64,000 nt of DNA from an uncultured bacterium. GTDB taxonomy: Bacteria > Armatimonadota > Abditibacteriia > Abditibacteriales > Abditibacteriaceae. Made by a program: the position numbers and the translations under genes. Below are positions 27,483-38,267 of the stretch, one piece after another. The notes beneath the pieces are model-generated. The model was given only the letters and a program-made list of their open reading frames with translations. It did no database searches and was not told where the DNA came from. Numbering within the stretch: the first letter of the stretch is position 1; every line of letters begins with the position of its first letter. The stretch lies in the NCBI GenBank assembly GCA_963843795.1, contig CAWJLW010000009.1, positions 1-64,000 on the forward strand. Reading direction: 5' to 3'.

Positions 27483-28720
27483 CTTTTACCAACTCAGCGG
27501 CTACTCAAACCGAAAAGTTAATCGAAGAAGCTCCCGTCGAGTGGATGGATGCCACAACCGGTCATCGCCTGCTTCGCCTGTCGCGCGAGGCGAATAGTGC
27601 CAGCCTTTATTTCCACCAGAACGCTTACACCCCCGATGGCCAAAAGCTCATTATCACTACGCCCCGCGGGCTGTCGACCATCGATCTCCAAACGCGCGCT
27701 ATCGAGCCGGTTGTCAATGGTAAAATCAATGTCATTATGGCCGGGCGCAAAACCGGGCAGATCTATTACAGCAGGGATAATCGGTTGTATGCCGCTCATG
27801 TGGATACGGGTGTCAGCCGCGAAATTGGACCGTTACCGGCTGCTGGCCATGTGGCGACCGTGAATGCAGATGAAACGCTTCTGGTGGGCACCATTACCGA
27901 AGGTGGACGCGACAGATTAAGAGACCATGCCACTCCCCAAAAGTCTGCTCCGGTTGCGCCGCATGGCCATTCGCTAACTTTCGCCGAGCAAAGAGAAGTG
28001 ATGTTGAACAACCGGCTCGAACAACGGTTGCCGATGACGCTGTTCACAATGGATGCGCAAAGCGGTGAAATCAAAACGCTTTATCAAAGCACAGATTGGC
28101 TCAATCATCTGCAGTTTTCGCCCACGGATCCCACACTGCTGATGTTTTGTCACGAAGGCCCGTGGCACAAAACTGATCGTATCTGGACTATTCGCACCGA
28201 TGGCAGCGCGCTCACCAAGATTCACACCCGCACCATGAACATGGAAATCGCCGGGCACGAGTTCTTCAGCCCGGATGGCGAAACGATCTGGTACGACCTG
28301 CAAACTCCGCGCGGTGAAGATTTCTGGGTCGCTGGTTACCATTTGGCAAGCGGCGCCAAAACCTATTATCATCTGCAGCGCGATGAATGGTCGGTGCACT
28401 TCAATGTATCGCCCGATGGAACGCTTTTCGCCGGTGATGGCGGCGATAACGAGATGGTGGCCCACGCTCCCGACGGCAAATGGATTTACCTGTTTCGTCC
28501 GCAGGGCATCCCCGATGTCGCGGGCCTTAAAGCGCCCGACTCGCAGGATTTAATTAAGCCGGGTTTCTTCCAATCCGAACGTTTGGTTGATATGAGGCAG
28601 CACGATTATCGTCTCGAACCCAATGTCACTTTTACGCCCGACCAGAAGTGGATCGTCTTCCGCTCGAATATGTTCGGTCCAATCAATGTGTTTGCCGTTG
28701 AAATCGCAAAGAATCAGTAA
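27479..28720 (+). CDS. ogl: Oligogalacturonate lyase family protein (PL22)
   Basis: LYFHQNAYTPDG, WLNHLQFSPTDP, FCHEGPW, GHEFF. Beta-propeller, no signal peptide. Confidence 0.88.
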   Translation: MTFTNSAATQTEKLIEEAPVEWMDATTGHRLLRLSREANSASLYFHQNAYTPDGQKLIITTPRGLSTIDLQTRAIEPVVNGKINVIMAGRKTGQIYYSRDNRLYAAHVDTGVSREIGPLPAAGHVATVNADETLLVGTITEGGRDRLRDHATPQKSAPVAPHGHSLTFAEQREVMLNNRLEQRLPMTLFTMDAQSGEIKTLYQSTDWLNHLQFSPTDPTLLMFCHEGPWHKTDRIWTIRTDGSALTKIHTRTMNMEIAGHEFFSPDGETIWYDLQTPRGEDFWVAGYHLASGAKTYYHLQRDEWSVHFNVSPDGTLFAGDGGDNEMVAHAPDGKWIYLFRPQGIPDVAGLKAPDSQDLIKPGFFQSERLVDMRQHDYRLEPNVTFTPDQKWIVFRSNMFGPINVFAVEIAKNQ

Positions 28721-28953
28721 AGCCCCGAGACAGGCGTTTTTAGCCGTCGTCGAACCGCCAACCTGGAGCTTTGAAACGACTTTGTCAAAGCTGTGACCTT
28801 GTGTCGATACAATTCGAAATATTGGCTTTGTGTGCCGCTCCCAAAACTGTCCATATTTGGTTCGTTCTACACTTTGAAATGTGAAAAAGGCGTGCTGTGA
28901 TCAGAAAATTTCGTGTCGGGGATTAAAGTTTCAAAGCTTGGCTATGCAAAACG

Positions 28954-28995
28954 GCGAAAAAGTCGTCTGCAAGTACTTGCAGACGACTTTTTCGC
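28954..28995. terminator. 42-bp perfect palindrome centred on GCAAGTACTTGC, between convergent genes
   Basis: GCGAAAAAGTCGTCTGCAAGTACTTGCAGACGACTTTTTCGC, 19 bp downstream of the 29015 stop. Confidence 0.85.
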
Positions 28996-29014
28996 TGCCT
29001 TCTTCGGTCTTCGA

Positions 29015-29266
29015 TTAATCGTCGTTAATTTCCACATCGTGCTTTTTCGCTGCACGCTTGATGCGTTCTTTAATGGATTGAACTTCGTCCGCATCATATT
29101 TGGCGGCGTTGTCTTTGTGATTGATGTAGCTCCACGCCGCGCGAACATGTTCGGCGCTGTCGATGGGATATTTCTTGTTAGCCGAATCGGCAAATTCGAC
29201 ATCGCCGTATTTGTGTTCGCCTTCGCTTGGCGTTACATCATCGCGTTTTTCAATTTTTTCGCTCAT
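29015..29266 (-). CDS. Small conserved protein (DUF6582-like)
   Basis: KYGDVEFAD..NKKYPIDS.EHVRAAWSYIN, with GAGGAGG RBS. Confidence 0.8.
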   Translation of the reverse strand: MSEKIEKRDDVTPSEGEHKYGDVEFADSANKKYPIDSAEHVRAAWSYINHKDNAAKYDADEVQSIKERIKRAAKKHDVEINDD

Positions 29267-29466
29267 CGCATTTCCTCCTCGTCCTGTGCCCCGATAACAC
29301 GTCGTAAATCAGGTCTAACAATAGCAACCTAATCAACTGATTCAAACTTTGTCCTAACAGCCAGCAGTATTGAAGAGTGGCGTGCTCAAACCATAAAAAA
29401 TGGAGCAGCGCGTTTTGAGAACGCGCAGGCCAAAGTATTTAAAAAGACGAAATGCGCCCAAACCGG

Positions 29467-29494
29467 TGCCTTAACTCCAATGCCTTAACTCCAA
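29467..29494. repeat. 14-bp tandem duplication TGCCTTAACTCCAA x2
   Basis: Direct repeat in intergenic DNA. Confidence 0.9.
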
Positions 29495-29558
29495 TGTGAC
29501 TTTTGCGACAAGCGCTTTTTCTTGGCCAGCGCGCAATCACATTACGGTCATGCACGTC

Positions 29559-31631
29559 TTATGCCTTTGCATCGAGTTCGAGACGCAAATAGTCATAGAT
29601 CACACCTGTCGTTAGCTCTCCGGCTGGGACGGTTAGAGTCATTTCGTTTTCGCCCGGTTTGAGCAGGGTGGCATCGAACTTCAAGTTCTGTTCCTGCCAC
29701 ACGCCCATTGCCGTGTTGTAACGCAATGCATTGGTGCCAATCGGCTGCAGGGAACCAACATCCTTGCCATTGACGGAAACCTGCAATCCACCAGCGCCAT
29801 CGGCTCCGGTCAAAGCGAGACGCAAAATGGCTCGACCCTGTTCGGACTTGGCCATGTTGAACTTGATCGTCCAGGTCGTCGCGCGTCCATGGCCCCAGGC
29901 TTTCCAGGGGTCGGGCGAGCCGTTCGGCAATGTTTTTACCCAGCCAAAAGGCTGATTAGCCGGATCTTTGGCTTCGGGATTGAGCCAGTCCATGTTCTCG
30001 ACATGCGGCACTTGTTCAAAAAACCAATCTTTGCCGGGAGCGCTTTTGCCGATGGTGTAAGTGATGTCGTTGGGGAAGAGCAGCGCGTAACGAAAATTCC
30101 AACCCCAGAGCCAATAATTGGCGCCGTCCCCTTTGAGGAATTCGCGGGAGGAGCGGTCGGCAGAGCCAATTTCCCAGAGCTGTTTTCCATAGCGCACTGG
30201 CGTCCATTCAACTTTGCCTAAATCAAGAGTCTTGCCCGCTTCGACGGTCACATTCGCTTTGGCAAATTCGCCCAGTACACCATCCGCAAAGGCGTGCAGC
30301 GTGTAGATGCCAGGACGAGCGTTTGTGATGCTGAATGTACCATCATCGTTGCCCTCGTTCCAGAATTGGGGATATTTGCCATCGTGATCCCAGGTAATTG
30401 TAGTGCCGTGGCCGGATCGACGAACAAAAGGCGTGTCCATTGTCTGATACTCGGGGTGAGCCAAACCCACCGTCAAATGCGGCAGCTTCTTCGAGGCAGC
30501 CTGCGGATCGTTGAGCACGAGCCGACCAGTGACCGTGCCGCGTTGATTTTTGTGAAGATAGTCCAAGCCGTTGACCCAGCCAAAAGGCCATGCGGCTTTG
30601 ACTGCGTTGGCCTTTTTAAGTGCATCTTGAAAGAGCGCGGTTGCGTTGTTTGTCCAAGCAGGGGGAATGGTGGGATTACCCTCGGTCGTGGTCAGAGTAT
30701 CCAGATCGGTCTGCGACGGCGTTTCGGGATTGTTGAGAGTATTAAAGTAAACAAAAAGCGGCCCGACCACTTTGCTCCACTTTTCCCCGGCGGCGATAAT
30801 GGTGGGAGTGCCGCCCGCATAATGGCCCGAAGTCCAATAGGTAATCAGCGTCGCGCCCAGATGGGCGCCCAGGTCAAGCCGCGTTGCACCTCCGCCAATG
30901 TATTCGGTGGACGGGTTAATCATATACGCGCCGATGTGTTCCTGTGTACTCGACCAGCCAAAAGCCGGCAGCTTGGGGAGCACGCCAGAATAGCTGTATT
31001 TATGTTCGACCGAACCCTTGTAGAGGCCGGTGTTCATGATCGATTGTTCCTTGGCGTGGATGACCACCCCCGAGGCGTCCTCCGCCATCTTCATGTTGCG
31101 GTCATCATCCACCGAAAGCCAGTTGAAAAGCGGGTTCATCTGCAACAAAAAGCGGCCTTCGCCGAATCCAAATTCGGGATAGTTTGCCGGGTGTGAATAT
31201 TGAGCGGTGGCATAAATGCCGCTGACGTCGCGCTCCATGGTGTAGCGCACCACGACGTCTAAAGGGCTACCAACGCCCTTCACTTCGACCTCACCGCGCT
31301 CACCACCGTTTTGAGCCGGGTCAATCGTTATGGACGTCGTGATTTTCCCAGAGGGGCCTTGCGACCAGCGACCCGGACGCTTCTGCGGGTCATTGATGAT
31401 TTCATGGCCATGATAAACGAGCGACGGCATGCCACCGCCCTTGTCTATAGTCGCCTTCACAATACCGTTGTCCATCATCCAGGTCGGGCCGTTGTCGGTG
31501 ATTTTGACTGGCGCATCCCTATTAGGTTTTGCCACGACTGGTGCGGCATTGGAAGCTCGAAGCATGAGCAGACTTAGAGTCGAAACAAAGATAGCGGAGC
31601 AAACTGTTTTCATGGGATTACCAAATTTCAT
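29559..31631 (-). CDS. Rhamnogalacturonan lyase (PL4 family)
   Basis: MDNGIV, VEHKYSYS, HYAGG, QRGTVTG, RPGIYTL, LWEIGSADR, IYDYLRLE. Signal peptide from ATG 31631 or 31613. Confidence 0.88.
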   Translation of the reverse strand: MKFGNPMKTVCSAIFVSTLSLLMLRASNAAPVVAKPNRDAPVKITDNGPTWMMDNGIVKATIDKGGGMPSLVYHGHEIINDPQKRPGRWSQGPSGKITTSITIDPAQNGGERGEVEVKGVGSPLDVVVRYTMERDVSGIYATAQYSHPANYPEFGFGEGRFLLQMNPLFNWLSVDDDRNMKMAEDASGVVIHAKEQSIMNTGLYKGSVEHKYSYSGVLPKLPAFGWSSTQEHIGAYMINPSTEYIGGGATRLDLGAHLGATLITYWTSGHYAGGTPTIIAAGEKWSKVVGPLFVYFNTLNNPETPSQTDLDTLTTTEGNPTIPPAWTNNATALFQDALKKANAVKAAWPFGWVNGLDYLHKNQRGTVTGRLVLNDPQAASKKLPHLTVGLAHPEYQTMDTPFVRRSGHGTTITWDHDGKYPQFWNEGNDDGTFSITNARPGIYTLHAFADGVLGEFAKANVTVEAGKTLDLGKVEWTPVRYGKQLWEIGSADRSSREFLKGDGANYWLWGWNFRYALLFPNDITYTIGKSAPGKDWFFEQVPHVENMDWLNPEAKDPANQPFGWVKTLPNGSPDPWKAWGHGRATTWTIKFNMAKSEQGRAILRLALTGADGAGGLQVSVNGKDVGSLQPIGTNALRYNTAMGVWQEQNLKFDATLLKPGENEMTLTVPAGELTTGVIYDYLRLELDAKA

Positions 31632-31828
31632 GGATGAGTTATACCTTCGGGTTCGCCACCTGTCGAACATCGACTCCCTAGTCCTAGTCTGATATGAAAG
31701 GAGTGTTCGCCTATGGAGTAATGTTTCGCCGATGCGAGACGTAACTTCAAGCTGCTGGAAGGCTTTAGCTGAACAAACGGTGAAACAGGGTTTCTTTACA
31801 AGGGTTCGTCTGCTTTGTTCTGGGCGCA

Positions 31829-32665
31829 TTAGCTGTTCAAGAATTCAACTAAGGCTGAATTGAATTGGTCAGTATGTGTTGCATTGAGGCCGTGGGGGCC
31901 ACCTTCAATAAGTTTTAGTGTGCTACCTTTTATGCTTTCATGGGCGCGCTTGCCGCTGAGCTCAAAAGGCACAATCGCGTCTGAGTCACCGTGGATAATA
32001 AGCGTTGGAATAGTAATTTCAGCAACGTCTTCGCGAAAGTCGGTGCGCCCGAACGCAGTGATGCAATCCAAGGTGCCTTTAGGTGATGCAAACGCCGCAA
32101 TATCACGATTGTAAATGCGAAAAGGTTCACTAACCAAGTTGGTTTTGTCTCCGGCCGCGAAAAAATTCCTCGTAAAATCATCGAGAAAACTGATGCGGTC
32201 GTTTTTAACTCCGTCTTGAAACTGAGCAATAGTCTCATCAGTTAGGGCACCGTCCGGATTATCTGACGATTTGTAAAGATATGGTGGAACGGCTGCTGCC
32301 AGAACGGCCTTGGTGACGCGCTCAGTGCCATAAGTGCTGATGTAGCGCACAACTTCACCACCTCCCATCGAAAACCCAACCAAGGTGGCATCGTGCAAGT
32401 CGAGGTGTTCGATAATGGCATGCAAATCAGCAGCAAAAGTGTCGTAATCGTAACCGTTCCAAGGCTGAGACGACCAACCAAAACCCCGGCGATCATAAGT
32501 GATGACGCGGTAACCGGCTTCAATGAGAGCTGGTACCTGGCTTTCCCACGAGCGCCCGCTCAAGGGCCATCCGTGAATAAGCACGACCGGCTTTCCTTCG
32601 CCTTTATCCTCGTTATAAAGTTCGATTGGTGCACCATTTTCCGAACCTACAGACAATGTAGCCAT
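31829..32665 (-). CDS. Alpha/beta hydrolase, non-heme chloroperoxidase/arylesterase type
   Basis: HGWPLS, YDRRGFG, GFSMGG, HGDSD, GPHG. GGAGG RBS before ATG 32665. Confidence 0.92.
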   Translation of the reverse strand: MATLSVGSENGAPIELYNEDKGEGKPVVLIHGWPLSGRSWESQVPALIEAGYRVITYDRRGFGWSSQPWNGYDYDTFAADLHAIIEHLDLHDATLVGFSMGGGEVVRYISTYGTERVTKAVLAAAVPPYLYKSSDNPDGALTDETIAQFQDGVKNDRISFLDDFTRNFFAAGDKTNLVSEPFRIYNRDIAAFASPKGTLDCITAFGRTDFREDVAEITIPTLIIHGDSDAIVPFELSGKRAHESIKGSTLKLIEGGPHGLNATHTDQFNSALVEFLNS

Positions 32666-33153
32666 GTTCTTAGCCTCCAAAATTTTCAAAATTCACTGAT
32701 AGTTGCAAAGACCGGCGAATTTGAGGCCATGTACTTCTGAAAATTGACATTTTTCGCGATGATACTTTGTAAGAAATGTTACTCATCAATCATGTTCACC
32801 ATATAGCCAGATTTAAGAATCAAATACGGATTTGGAAGTTGGAGAAGGGACGTTGGTAGAAAATTATGAAGTCGAGAACTTGCCGATGCGTCAACAGGAG
32901 ACAAGAGGCTTTTCGCTGCATATGGCATCTCATACCGAGCGTTCAAATCCTGCGCTTTGAGCTGGCGGTAGCGCCGCAACGACTTGAAGACATGCTTTCG
33001 GTCTGGAATTATGACTCTTACCCATGACGCGCTCGGCGTCCGATTAAATTCCCAACACAAGTAAGACCCTCTGGCTGTTATTTAAATGGGACGCTTTGCA
33101 TTCGTTGTGCTCACCGTAAAATTAAGCTCGGTTAAACTAGCGGCAGTTTCGAT

Positions 33154-33963
33154 ATGACAACCAACATTCTCGCGCGTAACAACGTCCAAATTATTGGAGC
33201 AGGAGACACAACTCTGCTATTTGCTCATGGCTTTGGCTGTGACCAAAATATGTGGCGCTTGGTGACGCCAGAATTTGAAGATAGGTATCGAATCGTGCTG
33301 TTCGACTATGTGGGAGGGGGCTGTTCCGATGTGAGCGCCTATAATCCGCAACGCTATAAAGATTTGCACGGTTATGCACTCGATGTTCTAGAGATTTGTG
33401 CGGCTTTAGATTTAGGAGAGATCGTTTTCGTTGGGCATTCGGTTAGCTCCATGATTGGTCTGCTGGCTTCGATTGAAGCACCTCAGCGGTTCAGTCACCT
33501 GCTGATGGTTGCGCCCTCGGCGTGTTACATCAATCATCCGCCAGACTACATTGGTGGGTTCGAACGCCGAGAAATCGAAGAATTGCTGGAGCTAATGGAC
33601 AAGAATTTTCTCGGATGGGCCAGCTTTTTGGCTCCGGTCGTTGTTGGGCCGGAGTCACCGGCTCATATTTCGGAACTGGAAGAAAGTTTTTGCTCCACCG
33701 ACCCCGAAATCGCGCGGCGCTTTGCCCAAGCCACGTTCTACGCCGACAATCGCGCGGACTTGGAAAAATGTATCATTCCATCGTTGATACTGCAGTGCTC
33801 GGATGACGTGCTAGCGCCACTGGGTGTAGGAAAATATTTGCACCAGCATTTGAAAGACAGCACCCTGAAAATCATCGAAGCCACTGGCCATTGCCCGCAC
33901 CTGACCCGCCCGCAGCAAACGATTCGAGAGATTCAAGAGTATTTAACGACTCAGGGCCTATAA
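33154..33963 (+). CDS. rsbQ: RsbQ-like (KAI2/D14-like) alpha/beta hydrolase
   Basis: FAHGFGCDQNMW, GHSVS, SFCSTDP, GHCPHL. Confidence 0.88.
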   Translation: MTTNILARNNVQIIGAGDTTLLFAHGFGCDQNMWRLVTPEFEDRYRIVLFDYVGGGCSDVSAYNPQRYKDLHGYALDVLEICAALDLGEIVFVGHSVSSMIGLLASIEAPQRFSHLLMVAPSACYINHPPDYIGGFERREIEELLELMDKNFLGWASFLAPVVVGPESPAHISELEESFCSTDPEIARRFAQATFYADNRADLEKCIIPSLILQCSDDVLAPLGVGKYLHQHLKDSTLKIIEATGHCPHLTRPQQTIREIQEYLTTQGL

Positions 33964-33984
33964 TATTTAAAGTTGGCATTTTCC

Positions 33985-35061
33985 ATGATTGACATTCTGG
34001 ATACTGCGCCCTGTGGTTTTCTCTCGTTTGCCGACGATGGCACTATTTTGCAGGCTAACGCGACGCTTTTGCAATGGTTAGGGGTCGAGTGGAAAGAATT
34101 AAAGGGCCGCTCCATCGAGACGCTGTTTAGTACGGGAGGTCGGGTTTTCTATCAAACCCATTTTTTTCCGCTTCTCAAGATGCGCGGTCAGGCCGACGAG
34201 ATTTACATGTCGCTGCGTCTGCCAAGCGACCCGCCTGGCGAGCTTCCGGTTCTGGCCAATGCCCACCGCCGTGAGCACGAAGGGGAACAAGTCAACGACT
34301 GCGTGTTTTTGCCGATGCAGCGGCGCAACCGCTACGAGGACGAAATTCTAGCTGCGCGCAAGGTGGCCCAAGAAGCCGACCGCGCCAAGGACGAATTTTT
34401 AGCAATTATTTCTCATGAGCTGCGTTCACCGCTTGGTGCCATTTTGGGTTGGACGGAACTTCTCAAAAGCGGTCAATTGGACGAAGCCCAAACTCGGCAC
34501 GGCTTGGACATCATCGAGCGCAACGGCAAGGCCCAGTCGCAGCTCATCGAAGATATTTTGGACATAGCGCGCCTCACCAGCGGCAAAGTGCGCCTCGAGT
34601 GGCAGGAGATTGACTTTGAAGCCGTGGTTCGCGAGGTCATAGATTCCGTTGCGCCCTTGGCCGATGCCAAAGAACTGAGGCTCGAATTTCGGAGCGAGTT
34701 TTTGTCTCCGACTAAGATGCGCGGCGACGTGGCACGACTGCGTCAGGTTGTGTCGAACTTGCTCTCAAACGCAATTAAATTCACTCCCCAACAGGGCGCA
34801 GTAAACGCCGTTTTGAGCGAGTCGGGAGCGGAAATCGAACTGTTAATTCGTGACACCGGACAGGGAATCGCCCCCGAATTTTTGCCCTACATCTTCGAGC
34901 CGTTCCGCCAGGCCGACGCCAATTCAAACCGGCGGTCGAGTGGTCTCGGAATTGGCCTTTCGCTCGTGCGCTCGCTCGTTGAAATGCATGGCGGGCGCAT
35001 CGTGGCGGAATCCACCGGTCAGGGCCAGGGCTCACTTTTTCGGGTCTATCTACCTCACTGA
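33985..35061 (+). CDS. PAS (RsbP-type) sensor histidine kinase
   Basis: APCGF...FYQTHFFPLL PAS domain, SHELRSPL H-box, NLLSNAIKFT, DTGQGI, GLGIGL. Confidence 0.92.
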   Translation: MIDILDTAPCGFLSFADDGTILQANATLLQWLGVEWKELKGRSIETLFSTGGRVFYQTHFFPLLKMRGQADEIYMSLRLPSDPPGELPVLANAHRREHEGEQVNDCVFLPMQRRNRYEDEILAARKVAQEADRAKDEFLAIISHELRSPLGAILGWTELLKSGQLDEAQTRHGLDIIERNGKAQSQLIEDILDIARLTSGKVRLEWQEIDFEAVVREVIDSVAPLADAKELRLEFRSEFLSPTKMRGDVARLRQVVSNLLSNAIKFTPQQGAVNAVLSESGAEIELLIRDTGQGIAPEFLPYIFEPFRQADANSNRRSSGLGIGLSLVRSLVEMHGGRIVAESTGQGQGSLFRVYLPH

Positions 35062-35070
35062 CCTTAACAC

Positions 35071-36427
35071 TGAATCTGCCCCGGTAGAATGGCCCCGAAG
35101 ATAAGGTCCACACTACATCGGGAGCAAAATGAACGAGAAACCTGAAAAGAAAGTGCGGCGGCAATACGACCGCGAGTTCAAAGCCGACGCCGTGCGTTTG
35201 GTGACCGAAGGCGGACACCGTTTGATGGATGTTGCACGCGAAGTAAGAATCACCCCCAAGATGTTGAGCCAGTGGCGTGGGCAGTTGGAGAAACATACTT
35301 TGCCGGAACAAGCCTTCGTCGGTCAGGGCCATGACCGCGAAGCCGAAGTCAAACGATTGGAGCGCCGAATTACTATCCTTGAGATGGAGCGCGACATCCT
35401 AAAAAAGCCATCGGCATCTTTGCGGAGCCAAAACGGTGACCAAGAAGATGCGCTTCGAGTTGATTTTGCAGTTGCGTGGGCAGAACCCCCAGTGGCCGTT
35501 GAAGGTGTTATGTCGTGTAATAGGCGTGTCCCGCAGCGGTTACACGCTGTTTTGCCAACGGCAACAGCGGGGTTTATCCAGCCAACAAAGCCAACGGCAA
35601 CAGAAGGATGCTGCGCTGTTACTGCACATCCGCGCTGCGTATCGCCGGGGCCGCTGCTATTCGGGCAGCCCGCGTGTTCACGATGAACTGCGGGAGCAAG
35701 GCATTCGCTCCAGCCGCAAACGAATCGCGCGTTTGATGAAGCAAAATGGTCTGGTGGGACGCAGCCGTGCTCGGCGGCGCGTTACCACCACCGATTCTCG
35801 TCATGCCTATCCGGTGGCGTGCAATCTGTTGGATCGGCGTTTTGCTCCGGCAGAAGTGGCTCGTCCAAATCGTCGGGCACCCATTGGGTGGGGTGCGGCG
35901 ACATCACATACCTGCCCACGCAAGAAGGCTGGCTTTATTTGGCTACGGTCAAAGATGTGTTTTCCCGCAGGATTCTGGGTTGGGCGCTGAGCGAGACGTT
36001 GGAAGCTACCTTGGTGGAAGCCGCTTGGAAGCGGGCGCTGCAGGCGCGAGGCTTCGGCCTGTATCAGGGGCTATAGTTGTATCACATTGACCGAGGGAGC
36101 CAATACGCCAGCTACCGCTTCCAAGACCTGTTGGAATGTTCTGGCACTCAGGCCAGCATGAGTCGCAAAGGCGAGTGTTTGGATAATGCTGTCGCAGAGA
36201 GCTTTTTCGGCACACTCAAAGCCGAACTCTTTGGCGACCAACCCGATAGATGCTTTGAGAGCAAACGGAAAACATTGGAGTTAGTCAGGGACTATATCGA
36301 CAACTTTTACAATTCGGTGCGCCGCCACTCTGCTTTGGGTTATAAAAGCCCCGTTGCTTTTGAATTGGCGCATCGGTTGAAATTATTTCCGCTCTTACTC
36401 GGTGTCCACTTTACCGGGGCAGGTTCA
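35071..36427 (+). mobile_element. IS3-family insertion sequence, full length (1357 bp) but inactivated
   Basis: IRL TGAATCTGCCCCGGTAGAATGG; IRR reverse complement TGAACCTGCCCCGGTAAAGTGG. orfA from 35129 (RRQYDREFKADAV). orfB integrase motifs GDITY, DRGSQY, DNAVAESFF are broken by a frameshift near 35880 and TAG 36074-36076. Confidence 0.95.
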
Positions 36428-36512
36428 CTTTTTCTTGGCCAAAGGCGCTGATCATCTTCTCGCCCTTGGCCACTTCCTGCAAAAGGGTCACGATCTGCTC
36501 ATTGCTAAACTG
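36428..36512 (-). mobile_element. Fragment of a second IS3 (IS407-group) orfA, interrupted by the IS at 35071..36427
   Basis: Minus-strand translation QFSNEQIVTLLQEVAKGEKMISAFGQEK stops exactly at the IRR. Confidence 0.7.
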
Positions 36513-36708
36513 TACTTAAGTCTGATAATCACATTCCTACCGGCGCCACTGATATACAAATTTAGCTTATGATAATGATGATTAACACATCTTATAAGTT
36601 ATAAATATCGGTTGCTGGCTTGAACATACCTTATCGGACAATTTTGCATGACAGGGTATGTTCGACTTTTGGTTGCAAGTATTTGGGTTGCAAGTACTTG
36701 CGCGACAC

Positions 36709-38217
36709 CTAAGCAAGAATTTTTTGCACGACTTCGCCTTCCACGTCCGTCAGGCGAAAATTGCGACCTTGATACTGATAAGTTAGTTTTTCGTGGTCGA
36801 GACCCAGCAGATGCAGAATGGTGGCTTGTAAGTCGTGAACATGAATCGGGTCTTCGACGATATTGAAGCCTAAATCATCGGTCGCACCGATGGTTTGACC
36901 GGCTTTCACGCCACCGCCCGCCATCCACATCGAATAGGCCTTCGGATGATGATCGCGTCCCATGCTGCGCCCTAAGGCCGCGTTCGATTCGACCATCGGC
37001 GTGCGTCCGAATTCGCCGCCCCACACCACGAGCGTATCTTCCAGCAAACCGCGCTGTTTGAGGTCTTTAATGAGTGCCGCCGAAGCCTGGTCGATTTCGC
37101 CGCATTTGGTTTTCAGGCCGCCCGCAACATCCGAATGATGATCCCAATCGGCGTGATAGCAGTTTACGAAACGCACACCGCGTTCAATTAAACGCCGCGC
37201 CAGCAAGCAGTTGTTGGCAAACGAACTTTCGCCCGGTTTGGCGCCATACATATCCAATGTGGCCTGCGTTTCACCCGACAAATCGACCAGTTCCGGCGCG
37301 CTGGTTTGCATTCGATACGCCATTTCGTAAGCGTTGAGGCGCGTGGCGATTTCGGGGTCGCCCACGGTTTCCAAACGCTGCTGATTGAGTTGGCCGATTA
37401 AGTCGAGCGAATCGCGCTGCAATGTGGCATCGAAGCCTGGCGGGTTGGCGACGTCCAGAATCGGGTCGCCTTTGGAACGAAAGTTGACGCCCTGATACAT
37501 CGTCGGCAAAAAGCCGCAGCCCCAGTTCGCGGGGCCTCCGCTCGTGCCCTGACCTCCCGAAGTGAGCACGACAAACGCGGGCAAATCAGTGGCTTCGCTA
37601 CCCAAACCATACGTCACCCACGAACCCATACTGGGACGCCCCATTTGTCCTGAGCCGGTGTTGGTGAGAATTTGCGCCGGAGCGTGGTTAAATTGGTCAG
37701 TGTGCATCGACTTAATGATCGTGATGTCGTCCACCACTTGCGCCAGATGCGGCAACATTTCCGACAATTCGGCGCCCGATTGACCACTGCGCGAAAACTT
37801 GTAGCGCGACGACATCAGCGCGGCGTTCTTTTCGATAAACGCGTAACGCTGATTTTTCACCAAGTCGGCGGGCATCGGTTGGCCATCGAATTTCACCAAA
37901 TCGGGCTTGAAATCGAACAAATCGAGCTGGCTCGGCGCGCCCGGCATGAACAAGTAAATCACGCGTTTGGCGCTCGCTTTAAAATGCGGCGCTTTGGGCG
38001 CAAACGGATTGATGACTTCGCGCTGCGCCGGTTTGGGCGTCGCGGCAAAGACTTCTTTGGAGCCGCACAACAACGATGCGAGCGCGATTTTGCCGATGCC
38101 CACGCCGCAATCGGCGAAGAACTGACGCCGCGTGACCGCGCGAATCTGTGGCTGCGCCATCGCTTGCTTACGCGCGGTGCACTGTCCTTTCAATTCATCA
38201 TTCTGATGTTGGCTCAT
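36709..38217 (-). CDS. DUF1501 family protein with twin-arginine motif
   Basis: [43 protein letters not shown] before ATG 38217. Confidence 0.92.
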   Translation of the reverse strand: MSQHQNDELKGQCTARKQAMAQPQIRAVTRRQFFADCGVGIGKIALASLLCGSKEVFAATPKPAQREVINPFAPKAPHFKASAKRVIYLFMPGAPSQLDLFDFKPDLVKFDGQPMPADLVKNQRYAFIEKNAALMSSRYKFSRSGQSGAELSEMLPHLAQVVDDITIIKSMHTDQFNHAPAQILTNTGSGQMGRPSMGSWVTYGLGSEATDLPAFVVLTSGGQGTSGGPANWGCGFLPTMYQGVNFRSKGDPILDVANPPGFDATLQRDSLDLIGQLNQQRLETVGDPEIATRLNAYEMAYRMQTSAPELVDLSGETQATLDMYGAKPGESSFANNCLLARRLIERGVRFVNCYHADWDHHSDVAGGLKTKCGEIDQASAALIKDLKQRGLLEDTLVVWGGEFGRTPMVESNAALGRSMGRDHHPKAYSMWMAGGGVKAGQTIGATDDLGFNIVEDPIHVHDLQATILHLLGLDHEKLTYQYQGRNFRLTDVEGEVVQKILA

Positions 38218-38267
38218 AATCGTCCTCGATGCGGTTATCGGCTGCTGCAAGTACTTGCAGCGTACTT

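Noticed and set aside
32779..33060. 93-aa ORF between the two hydrolase genes
   Set aside because: No RBS or motif recognised; cannot be supported.
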